DNA from: Armatimonadota bacterium
GTDB taxonomy: Bacteria; Armatimonadota; UBA5829; DTJY01
DNA: 64,000 nucleotides
Direction: 5' to 3'
Assembly (NCBI GenBank): GCA_963663705.1
Contig: OY760504.1
Location: 1,538,788 to 1,602,787 of the forward strand
Position numbers and translations under genes: made by a program. The stretch's first letter is position 1. Each line of letters starts with the position of its first letter. The notes beneath the pieces were generated by a model. It did no database searches, had not been told where the DNA came from, and was given only the letters and a program-made list of their open reading frames with translations. Shown piece by piece: positions 28,672-38,400 of this stretch.

Positions 28672-29631
28672 CTATCTATCGCTAATCTCGTTGAGGACGA
28701 CTTCCCGTCCGCCTTCTTCACGGCTTCTGATGCCGGCGACGACAATCTTCATCAACTCTATGGTCTCATCAAATGGAAACGGCCGCTCACCCGTCTTTAG
28801 ATACCCGACAAACGCTTCAAGCTGTTTCTTGAACGAGTAGTAAGTATCCGAAAAAGCCGTCTGTGCATGACCGTTCGTGCCGCAAAGGGTGAGCACTCCA
28901 AAGCCGCCATACATATCCTTTATGGCCGCGACAACTACATCCGCCCCTGATTTATGCGTCAGATGCACGATGTTTCTGTCAGCATCACCCGTATTCCTGA
29001 CAGCCACGAATCCGGGACCGAGAATCGGGTATATCGCTTCAAGCGCATGGATGCCGTATCTCTCCCAGGTCTTTGATGTGGTGATGGAGGCATATCGAAT
29101 CGCTCCTAGATCGTGAGTTGATATGCGATAAGGCATGAACTCCTTTGCATACCGCATGCAGCTTGAGGACATTATCATACTGCCTTCGTCCACCCACCGA
29201 GCGAATGTGCGAAGGTCCGCTTCACTATCTACCAGCGGTTTATCTACAAATACAGGAAGTCCCGCTTCTACAAACGGTCTGCATCGATCTACATGCTCAT
29301 GCCCCTTGTCCGTGGCGATGATAACTGCATCAACATGACCGATTACATCTTCAGGGCTGTCCGAAACGTTTGGGATGAGCGATGCCTTTGATACGCGCAT
29401 AGCGTCGCCGGGATCGTCGGTCCAGATGTGGGTTATCATAGCGCCAGGTATGCCAAATGCATCTGACGGTTCCTTGTTCAGGTATTCAGGAATGCCTGGA
29501 TATGGGCACTTGGCCATTTCTTCCGGGTTGTATCCGTTGAATATTGCGCTCCATGAATATGGATGCAAGTTACCATCTACCAAACCAAGGATGGCCAGCC
29601 TGATTGTGTCTTTATCCGCTAATAATGGCAT
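28672..29631 (-). CDS. Gfo/Idh/MocA-family oxidoreductase
   Basis: VDAVII, PVFVDKPL, WERYGIHALE; start after GGGAG. Confidence 0.8.
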   Translation of the reverse strand: MPLLADKDTIRLAILGLVDGNLHPYSWSAIFNGYNPEEMAKCPYPGIPEYLNKEPSDAFGIPGAMITHIWTDDPGDAMRVSKASLIPNVSDSPEDVIGHVDAVIIATDKGHEHVDRCRPFVEAGLPVFVDKPLVDSEADLRTFARWVDEGSMIMSSSCMRYAKEFMPYRISTHDLGAIRYASITTSKTWERYGIHALEAIYPILGPGFVAVRNTGDADRNIVHLTHKSGADVVVAAIKDMYGGFGVLTLCGTNGHAQTAFSDTYYSFKKQLEAFVGYLKTGERPFPFDETIELMKIVVAGIRSREEGGREVVLNEISDR

Positions 29632-29672
29632 GTTTTTCACTCCCGATCGCACACTATCTTCGGTGCAGTACT

Positions 29673-30623
29673 TCAACGCTTTTGACGAACGACGTCCGGC
29701 ATGCGCCTCGACCATTCGGTCGGCATCACAGTTTCATCCGCAAAACCGGGAACCATATCATCAACAGCCGCCATTAGGTCCGGGTCCAACGGACCTTTTG
29801 CAAACAATGCCAGATTCTGTCGGATCTGCTCGACCGTATTGGCACCTACAAGCGCACAGGTTAACCCATCCAGCCCTAACACATACCGCACGGCCAGTTC
29901 TGCCAAAGCCATTCCCGCATCTTTGGCCAGACACCGAAGCTGCCTTCGAATTGGGATAACCTCCCTCAACTCGCGTATAATCTCATCTTCCGGCATCAGG
30001 ATAAGCCCCTGCAAGTAGATGCTTCTTACAAAAATGCCTATACCGCACTTCTTTGCGGCCTGATAAATCCCCTTGCGGACGAAACGTTGATCCAGAAGGT
30101 TCGAAGGAATCTGCAGAGTTTCTACCAACCCGGACGATATTATACTGGAGGTGACCGCCGGCGTCATAACTGATGAACCGATATGTCGTACCAGCCCTTT
30201 ATCCTTCAGCTTTAGCAAGGATTCCGCATAAATGGAATTGGTTTCATCGTGAAAGAGGCAAATGGGCAACACATCTATTCTTAGGCGTTTCAGCGAACGC
30301 ATCACGGATTCTTCCACGAAATCGTCCACGGCACTGAGCGACGAAAACTCCTCGGCCATAGGATGAATTTTGCTTACTATCACCATATCGCCCGAAATAC
30401 CAAGCTCAGACAGTGCCTTGCCCAACACTTCTTCGCTCGTACCATACACGGCCGCCGTATCAAGACAGTTTACGCCTGCTTCATAGGCGCATGATAGAAT
30501 ATCGCGGACGACGTCATAGGGCACTTGTCCGTCATGGTTCGCGATGCCGTAGTCCAGTCCAAACTGTACGGTACCCAGCATCAACTCTGAAAGTTTAAGA
30601 TCGGCGAACTGTTTTATTTGCAT
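29673..30623 (-). CDS. Aldo/keto reductase
   Basis: LGTVQFGLDYG, DTAAVYGTSEE, SLKRL…LFH, RSIYLQGL. Confidence 0.9.
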   Translation of the reverse strand: MQIKQFADLKLSELMLGTVQFGLDYGIANHDGQVPYDVVRDILSCAYEAGVNCLDTAAVYGTSEEVLGKALSELGISGDMVIVSKIHPMAEEFSSLSAVDDFVEESVMRSLKRLRIDVLPICLFHDETNSIYAESLLKLKDKGLVRHIGSSVMTPAVTSSIISSGLVETLQIPSNLLDQRFVRKGIYQAAKKCGIGIFVRSIYLQGLILMPEDEIIRELREVIPIRRQLRCLAKDAGMALAELAVRYVLGLDGLTCALVGANTVEQIRQNLALFAKGPLDPDLMAAVDDMVPGFADETVMPTEWSRRMPDVVRQKR

Positions 30624-30653
30624 ACTTACGTACCTTTGCTAAACATTGACAGA

Positions 30654-31772
30654 CTAGGGGTGCAACACAATCATCGTTCGATTTATACCGGCACGCCCGT
30701 TCTCCACGCCCCAGTACGTTACAATGACGTTTCTTTCGTCCAGCCTGATTGCGGATGGTGCACCGAACTGAAAGCCCGTCACTGCATAATCACTCGTAGT
30801 GATCGCATTCTCTGTTTTGACTTCAGGTGACCATACCTCGGCATCGAAGACTGTTACCCATCGATCGCCATTGATCTCTGCGATCTGTGCCCTCACACCT
30901 ACAGGCGCCCGCCTGTGTCCATAGACGAAAAGTATCTGGTTACCCCCCAGCCATAATGGCCAGCCTGTTTGTCCCATCACCGGAGATACGAGCGGGACCG
31001 ACCAACTGTTGCCGCCATCATGACTGATTGAGTAGTGATTTGGCAGATCTTCGTCGGAACTCCATTCGTGAGCCCAGCAGGTAGCAAGCATGGTATCGCC
31101 TGCCATCTGTATTACGCGTCCTTCCCAGTAACCGATTCGATTCATGGGATCGTAGAATATGTCGGTCGGTTTGCTCCAACTGTTGCACCCATCCACAGAC
31201 CTTGAAACGCAGATTCTATGTCCGAAAGGAAGCACACCATCCCACTGCCTCCATGTTGAATAGGAAAGCATGTTGGAACCGTCCCTGAGAGACATCATGC
31301 CTGTAGGCAATTCGAGTGGAGAAGGAAACGGTTTCGGGAGAATTCGTGCGGCAGACCATGAGCGCCCGCCATCCGAAGAACGGCGCAGCACGATCTGATT
31401 ATCACGCATGCCCACAGATTGTGGATCAACTAGCGGCAAGTCGGGATGTGCCGGATCGATTGTCCATCTGGCGCCCAGGCACATGATACTGCCGTCGGAG
31501 TCCAGGCTGATGAATCCTGTTTCTGTCGGCGGAAGTTTGCCAGTACGATTGGCATCGACCGGTCCCTCAAGTAACCAGGAGACGCCTCCATCAGTTGATC
31601 GGGCCAGCACTGGATGGCTATCCGGTGTCTCCAGGGCTTTTCCGGCAACAAATGAGGCCAGCAGTTCGTCTTCGCCAAGATGAACGATACGCGGATAATA
31701 TCCTTGAAGGCCCGACACGCTGCGATACACGGTGCCACTTTCCATAATATTGAAGCATCCAAATTTCTGCAT
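30654..31772 (-). CDS. Sialidase-like BNR/Asp-box beta-propeller, no signal peptide
   Basis: Four Asp-boxes: STDGGVSW, SSDGGRSW, SVDGCNSW, SHDGGNSW. Confidence 0.75.
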   Translation of the reverse strand: MQKFGCFNIMESGTVYRSVSGLQGYYPRIVHLGEDELLASFVAGKALETPDSHPVLARSTDGGVSWLLEGPVDANRTGKLPPTETGFISLDSDGSIMCLGARWTIDPAHPDLPLVDPQSVGMRDNQIVLRRSSDGGRSWSAARILPKPFPSPLELPTGMMSLRDGSNMLSYSTWRQWDGVLPFGHRICVSRSVDGCNSWSKPTDIFYDPMNRIGYWEGRVIQMAGDTMLATCWAHEWSSDEDLPNHYSISHDGGNSWSVPLVSPVMGQTGWPLWLGGNQILFVYGHRRAPVGVRAQIAEINGDRWVTVFDAEVWSPEVKTENAITTSDYAVTGFQFGAPSAIRLDERNVIVTYWGVENGRAGINRTMIVLHP

Positions 31773-31838
31773 GCTGGTTCCCCCATATTCTAAATAACTC
31801 AGAGCAGTATAAAGAAGCATATGTCCTTAAGTATTTAC

Positions 31839-32132
31839 GGCTCTATAAGCTTTCTTGTGGGTGAATCTGATTCGCCCTCACCCCTACCCCCGATTTCGGG
31901 CGAGGGGGGATGCCGCTTATCCCTAGTAGTCCACAGGGCATATCGAGGGACGGTACATGTCTGCCAGGCTTCGGCAGCGGCGTCTTCGACTCTGCAACCG
32001 AAGCATCAACACACCCGTGAAGGGTGTGCCTACATCTAGTCGGCGCAGGCCGACTTAGTGTTTTTGTTGACGCGAATTTATTCGCACGGTTGTTGGAACA
32101 CTACCGCTATCCACAAACTTTCTCATAGAGCC
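31839..32132. mobile_element. MITE copy 1 (294 bp), ISL3-type ends
   Basis: Imperfect ~24-bp TIRs GGCTCTATAAG…GTGGGT / ATCCACAAA…CATAGAGCC; 8-bp TSD GTATTTAC at 31831-31838 and 32133-32140. Confidence 0.9.
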
Positions 32133-32475
32133 GTATTTACAATCAGGCAATCGGAATTCGTGCGATTTCATATACCTGGACCGATGTCACGACAGAGTGC
32201 TCTGAGCGCTTATGCAAACAGTATAGCAGGGGCTACCGGAAACATCAAGCCCTATTTTGCAGAAAGTGTATTTCCGCTTGCACGAATAGATGTCTGCCAC
32301 CAGGCAGGAGGAACTCCTCGCTTTCTATGATATACTATAAGAACACTCAGGGAAGATCAGGACAAACAAACTAATCGAGCGAATCTTCATAGTGGTGAGA
32401 TGGATAACCTGGCGTGATCTCCGCCGTATTCAAGGATTTCGATAAGCGCCGTGAATTCAATTTCACACAAAAGTC

Positions 32476-32526
32476 TTGACACCCCTGCAGGCGAGTGCTA
32501 CAATACACACAGAGTGCTATGAGCAC
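32476..32526 (+). promoter_or_regulatory. Sigma70 promoter of the FadR gene with downstream palindromic operator
   Basis: TTGACA 32476-32481, 17 bp, TACAAT 32499-32504; GTGCT-ATG-AGCAC 32514-32526. Confidence 0.75.
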
Positions 32527-32553
32527 CGATGCAATCTCTGGAGGTACCAACCC

Positions 32554-33240
32554 ATGTTGTCGCCAGTGGACCGACAAACGCTCTCTCAACAAGTATTGAA
32601 TAAACTACAGCAGTACATCATGGCTAAAGGGCTGCGTCCCGGAGACCGCCTGCCTGCTGAGCGCAAACTGGCTGTAGACCTGGGGGTAAGTTGCAGCACA
32701 ATCCGCGAAGCATTGAAACCTTTGCAGGCGATAGGAGCCGTATCCAGGATGCCGCGAGGGTCTGTGCTACAAGAGGTTGATTTCAGAACGCTGGCAGGAA
32801 TTTCCCGTTTCCTGATGGTACAGTCGCACGATGACCTTATGGAGCTATCCATCGCACGACAATGGCTTGAGACTAACATGCTTCCAATGGTTGCCGAGAA
32901 CTGCACCCCCGAACAATATACTCAGCTGGAAGACGCTAACCGGCTCATGGAGGCAGAGATAAACTCTGGCCAACTCGGTATTGATGGGGATGCCGCTTTT
33001 CACCAGACTCTTCTGGCTGCCACCAACAACAAGTTTCTACAGCAGTTTGGCGGCCTGATTCAGGAGTTTTTCATCGAAATACGCACCGTGCTGTCAATGG
33101 ACGAACAGAAGGCACGGAAGGCGCTGGACGATCATTGCAAGTTGGTTGAATATCTGCATGCCGGTGACGTGGAACGCGCTAAGTTGCAGATGCATGACCA
33201 TCTTTCCGAGTATATCCAGTCGAGTCAAGACGGCAGCTAA
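32554..33240 (+). CDS. FadR/GntR-family regulator (FCD domain)
   Basis: PGDRLPAERKLA…VSCSTIREAL; ARQWLE, DAAFHQTL; GGAGG RBS at 32540. Confidence 0.92.
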   Translation: MLSPVDRQTLSQQVLNKLQQYIMAKGLRPGDRLPAERKLAVDLGVSCSTIREALKPLQAIGAVSRMPRGSVLQEVDFRTLAGISRFLMVQSHDDLMELSIARQWLETNMLPMVAENCTPEQYTQLEDANRLMEAEINSGQLGIDGDAAFHQTLLAATNNKFLQQFGGLIQEFFIEIRTVLSMDEQKARKALDDHCKLVEYLHAGDVERAKLQMHDHLSEYIQSSQDGS

Positions 33241-33428
33241 GTCATGAGCGCAAATGCTGATAAAGCGTTAATAATCATATCGTTCTAGCTTTCTTTATTT
33301 TACAGATCGGAGGTGGCTAACTTATCTTTTATCTATGTACAATTGCACTAGACTGACAGACCTGTATGAATCACGGCAATATCTACTGATGAACGCTTTC
33401 GATTACAACAAAACCGGAGGTTAAGAAG

Positions 33429-34085
33429 ATGAGAAGAAGAGGGTTTACGCTTATTGAACTGCTAGTTGTAATTGCTATAATTGCAATTTTAGCTGCCATA
33501 CTGTTCCCCGTCTTTGCCAAGGCGCGAGAAAAAGCGCGACAGGCTTCCTGTCAAAGTAACTGCAAACAAATCGGCCTTGCGTTGTCCCTGTACATTCAAG
33601 ACTATGATTCAACATATCCAGCCGGAAGATCAGCTGGCAATTGGAATGGACAATGGATTAAGTTAGGACCTTACGGTCTAAAACTGGGACCTAACGCTCT
33701 CCTGGTTTGCCCCAGTGACTCCCTTGCAGTCACACGTCAATATCCTCAAAATTGCAGTTATGCAGCCAATATGGCTGGAGATGATGCCAAACTCACCTGG
33801 GGTGCGGGATATGGATTGTGGGATTGGTGGACTGGTGCGGCACGAACGGAATCCGATGTCACCATGCCTGCAGAGACGGCATACGCTATGGATGCCAATT
33901 GGGATTACGTATATGTGCTGGACGCAACTACCGGTTGGACAGATCCATCGACACTGGGTCCTGTCTACGGTGCGTTTGGCGTAGCATCCCGGCATAGCGA
34001 CGGTGTGAACGTTGTATTCTGCGATGGTCATGTAAAATGGATAAAAACACCTCTTAAAGCCGAGTTAGGCTTGGCAAAAAGATAA
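33429..34085 (+). CDS. Prepilin-type / DUF1559-like H-X9-DG protein (second paralog)
   Basis: [39 protein letters not shown]; [17 protein letters not shown]. Confidence 0.92.
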   Translation: MRRRGFTLIELLVVIAIIAILAAILFPVFAKAREKARQASCQSNCKQIGLALSLYIQDYDSTYPAGRSAGNWNGQWIKLGPYGLKLGPNALLVCPSDSLAVTRQYPQNCSYAANMAGDDAKLTWGAGYGLWDWWTGAARTESDVTMPAETAYAMDANWDYVYVLDATTGWTDPSTLGPVYGAFGVASRHSDGVNVVFCDGHVKWIKTPLKAELGLAKR

Positions 34086-34475
34086 GTCCCCAGGTTATCA
34101 TATGATGGGATTACGAGTTTGCCTCTTTATGCAAGCTTGTAATCCCATCAAGTGCTACTCAGCAATCTGTAATATCATCTACACAATCAATGTACCAAAG
34201 GTAAGAGCATCTTCCCAAGCGACTTATGCGCTGTTGAAGATGCTCTATCTTATTATTCAGGATGTAATTCGAATACCTTTTCAACCCCGGCACAACTTAC
34301 ATCACCTGAAGCTGATCTCTGAGATGGCCACACACTGCTGTCATCTTCGTTCGTATGTTGCAGCACTATCCCCATGCCTGAAGCGGCAGATCGATCTTCT
34401 GATCATTGGTCGACAGGAAATGCCCATCTGCGGCGAAAAAAGCAAACTCCGTGTACTTCCTGCCCTTCTCCATGA

Positions 34476-35398
34476 CTACTTGCAGAGCCTGATCCTGCGC
34501 TGGCTCGGGAAATACTCCGGATTCAAACCATAGGGATGAATGGCCGCCGAATCAGAGTAGAGATCACCGCCGAGTTTGAGAAGCAAGTTCTCGACGTAAC
34601 TGATATCGCTGCCTGCCGGACCGGCCATGCTGACAGGGATCTTAGGTTCGTTCCAAATCTCAAAGGCGTTTGGCAAATTCACGTGCGTGCGCCGTATACG
34701 GCAATATCGGGTGGATATGTACGTCGTGCCCACTGATCAATAATCTCTGGAGAGGCCGTACTTGCCCAGGATGTCCCGTAGGCTAGAACAACTAGCGTCT
34801 CCTCCTTATGCTTACGATACAGCGCCATAAGTTTATCGGCTCTATAAGCTTTCTTGTGGGTGAATCTGATTCGCCCTCACCCCTACTCTCTCCCGATTTC
34901 GGGCGAGGGGGGATGCCGCTTATCCCGAGTAGCCCGCAGGGCATATCGAGGGACGGTTCATGTCTACCAGGCTTCGGCAGCGGCGTCGTCGACTCTGCAA
35001 CCGAAGCATCAACACATCCGTGAAGGGTGTGCCTACATCTAGTCGGCGCAGGCCGACTTCGTGTTTTTGTTGCCGCGAATTTATTCGCACGGTTGTTGGA
35101 ACACTACCGCTACCCACAAAGTTTCCCATAGAGCCAGTTTATCAAAGCCAGCCCAGTTTGCTTTGGATTCTTTGGTGGGCTGAATCCCAAGCATCACCAG
35201 TTCGTACATTATTAAGTCCCATTGCCTTTACAAATTCGAGCTCTCGTTATAGATGGGCTAATCATAGCGCTCAGTCTGGATGCCAAATGCCCCACTCAGT
35301 GTAAGCGGGGCACCGGCAACTGCCATTGAACTTATCCCCATACATATCGCGCCAAATGTGATACCCATTATGCCGGCACCGATATGTTTGAGATTCAT
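34476..35398 (-). pseudogene. Degenerate secreted clan GH-A (GH5/GH39-like) glycoside hydrolase, split by MITE copy 2; 3' limit uncertain
   Basis: RBS plus signal peptide at 35398, then fragments in shifting frames: ELEFVKAMGLNNVRTGDAW, IQPTKESKANWAGFD|KLMALYRKH…LAYGTSWA…YPP, FEIWNEP, AAIHPYG. Confidence 0.7.
34838..35135. mobile_element. MITE copy 2 (298 bp), ISL3-type ends
   Basis: Same TIRs and interior as copy 1; 8-bp TSD AGTTTATC at 34830-34837 and 35136-35143. Confidence 0.9.
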
Positions 35399-35425
35399 GC
35401 CAATACTAACTCCTTTTGTGAAATC

Positions 35426-38400
35426 TTATTTCAATGTGTCCAGGTTTCGGCGCGCGATTTCCGATACAGGGCCTTTTACTGTGGCAGCGGCCTGGAATTC
35501 TCGACGGGCGCCATCTCTGTCACCCAGGGCCATCAGTGCAACACCGAGCCCGCAACGCAGTGCCGGATCGTAGGATAAATACAATAAGCCTCTGGAATAG
35601 TAATGCCTCGCCCCTTCCGCATCCCCACGGCGAATTCTCACGTTTCCGAGCAGTAGATTGTACACTCGCAGCTGATCAGCAGATGCATTAACTATCCACT
35701 CTTCTGCAATTCTTTGTGCTTCCGAAAGCTCATTGCAATTATACATACCTATAGCCTGTTCCAGCATTGCCGATGACTTAACCTCATCGATAAACTGGCT
35801 TGACTGATTCCGAACTGGCGCTATGACCGGCGGAAGACTGACGCCCTCCGGCACGGCACTACTCTGCGTAACACCGGCGTCTTTCGATACTTCCACCTGG
35901 TCTGATTCCAACCCGACGAAACTCAACTCTTCCGGCTTGAGGCCCACGATCGTCACGGCACCCTTACCGGCGCCCTTTCGCAAATCATCTCCCGGACCGG
36001 GTGGAAAACGCAGCATGATGGTCGCCTCTCCGGTTACTTCTACCTTCTTGTCACCATCAGCCGGAATAATGGCGCTTACCGTTTTGCCAGCAGGCACTCG
36101 GAGGGTCAGACTCTCATTCCCAACACGGCTCGTGGAATGCAGAACAACGGTCGGGCGCCCATACTCGATGAATGCAACACCCAGGAATCTGCCGTGGCCG
36201 ACTGAGACCGCCGATATGCCCATGAGCTTATTCATATAATTCTTTGCGGATGCTCTTGCTGTGTCAGGGACCGGTGGCACATGGGCAAATTTCAGCACTG
36301 ATTCCATCGTAACATTTGCCTTCGGTTTACGGGCTACGATCTGCACCCTGCCTACCTGAAGCGCCCAGACTCGACCTTTATCGTCTTTCTCGAGTACTTT
36401 GCAATCGCGAGTCGGCTTGAGTACCTGACAGATATCCCCACCCATATCGAACATCTCACCGGTGAAATATTTGTCTGTGGACAGCGCTCCGAGATTCTTT
36501 CTGAGGCCGAGAAGTATGACTAGCCTGTCTCTCCTCGCTATAAGCTTCTCGAAATCGCGAGCGTAATACCGCACTGCCGGATCATCTGCCAGCGTGACAA
36601 CGGTGACAGGCGCAGGAGCCATAGCATCGAACACCGGCAAAACCCATATTCCATTGGGGGCTTTTGCCGGTACAAGGCCGGGTGCATCATCTGTCTCCCG
36701 CACAGCTCGACGTTGGCTGGGAGTTGCCCACCATACATCACTGCGAGGCCATGATGTATAGACTATAGGCCGATGTTTTGCAATGGCATCGCTATGCTCA
36801 TCTACAAGTCGTTTCCATAGCCCCATCCATTCCAGCATCCTCGAATCGTAGATGAGATGGTTTTGATCCAAATAGTTGGGGGCGATTACGTCGAACAGAA
36901 ATAGGTAATTGATCTTGGCACCCATGTAGTTGACTACCGACAGGTCGGAAAAGAACTCCGGCAGGTTTGGCCAGTTGGCAGGCATTTGCTGCGAGTAACC
37001 GGTGGCAAGCTCAGTTGCGGCACCTATCATGTATTTGCCACTTTGGAGCATCTCCGCATATCCTGCGCCAGCACCATAATGAACCAGGCCTTCGCCCGAA
37101 GAATACAGCTCATAACCGACAGCATCATGCCCCTGATTGGACCTGTAGGGACTGGCATGATATCGCTCGGTGGAACCGCACCTCTTGACGAAGATGGGGA
37201 CGTCCACTACTTCCTTAACTGCATCAAACATCGTGCCGCCCAAACGTCCGAAACTCTCATCGCGTTGGTCGATGTACTCATACCAGAATATGGATTGCCT
37301 GGCATCCGCGCGATATATCTTATTCTCTTCAGGGTCAATGAGAAGCATGAGTCGATCCCCTGGTTTAACCTCGGATATCGCGGGAAACAATCGAGCCGCG
37401 ATGGCGAAGCTCGGCGGTGTATCGGTGAGAGCCCATGCTTTCTTTAGCTGCTGTATATCACCGTATTTCTCCTGGAGCCAGGTAGCTCGATCAGCGGTAA
37501 AAGACGGGTCTACGAAGAACAGCGATTCGGCATAGTTGTGTATTCCTCGTTCGTTTGGGATCATCACATCTATGAACCCTCGGAATCCCGGGCGGAACTT
37601 CATCTGTCGAAGATAGTCCAAAACGTCCTTTGTATCCTTTTCCCTATCGCGCCATGGATTGTTCATATTCGAACTGGTCGAATTGCGCAATTTGGGCAGG
37701 AATATTATCCGGTAGTTGCCTTTCGGCGCATCCGTGAACGCCGTACTCACAGTAACACTCCCCTGGGAGGCCTCTCCTACGGAAGCTGCTACAGGCCCAA
37801 ATACATCATTATTAGCGTTGATTGCTATTGCAAGGCAGGACTCTATTTCGCCTGCAACCGGACTGCCAAGATCACTGTCGGTTATTTGTTTGGAAGCCTC
37901 GCCCGGCAAGATTGCATCTGTAGCCCATGCGATATCCGAACGAGCTCTAATTGGTCGTGCGGCCAAGTCCCTTTGCGTCTTCCATGAATACCCTATTGTA
38001 TAAGTAATCCCCTGCGATTCCAGATAGTCCATGATAGGATTCCATTCGCTGGCTGGTATCCAGTTCATGCCTGTCTGGCAGGTTAAATAGACGTGGTTCA
38101 AGCCCTGTTTTTTTATCGCCTGCACATTATCCTGGAATTTCTTGAACGTTTCAGGAATCCTCACGCTGGTTAGATACGGGCCATTTAGCATACCACTGAC
38201 ATACAGGCAAGGGCTGCCATCCCAGACCAGCACATTCGCAGCCGTGGAATGCCATGCATGCGGTACTCCATTCGAGTCCACAAAAGTCCCATAGTCAAGC
38301 GGTTTAAGGCTGGTGGATTCATAAGTAGATTTGCCTTGAATCTTCAATCGCCCACACGAAAGATCGGCTGCAGAACGTCCGGCATATGCTTCGCCAACGA

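Noticed and set aside
32476-32553. N-terminal extension of FadR from the TTG at 32476
   Set aside because: That TTG is the -35 box; the RBS and ATG are at 32540-32556
15452-34085. Diversity-generating retroelement acting on the pilin-like genes
   Set aside because: No reverse transcriptase and no template/variable repeat pair differing at adenines
34152-34165. Fifth GTGCT…AGCA operator site
   Set aside because: 4-bp spacer and an imperfect arm; it lies between convergent genes
34102-34533. 143-aa plus-strand ORF
   Set aside because: No RBS or motifs; overlaps the antisense GH pseudogene region
31839-35135. CRISPR array or autonomous IS
   Set aside because: Only two long dispersed copies with no repeat-spacer periodicity, no cas genes and no transposase ORF
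31821-35304. ORFs 31821-32039, 34808-35023, 34854-35042, 34920-35129 and 34960-35304
   Set aside because: They are chance frames across the MITE and resemble each other only because the repeat does
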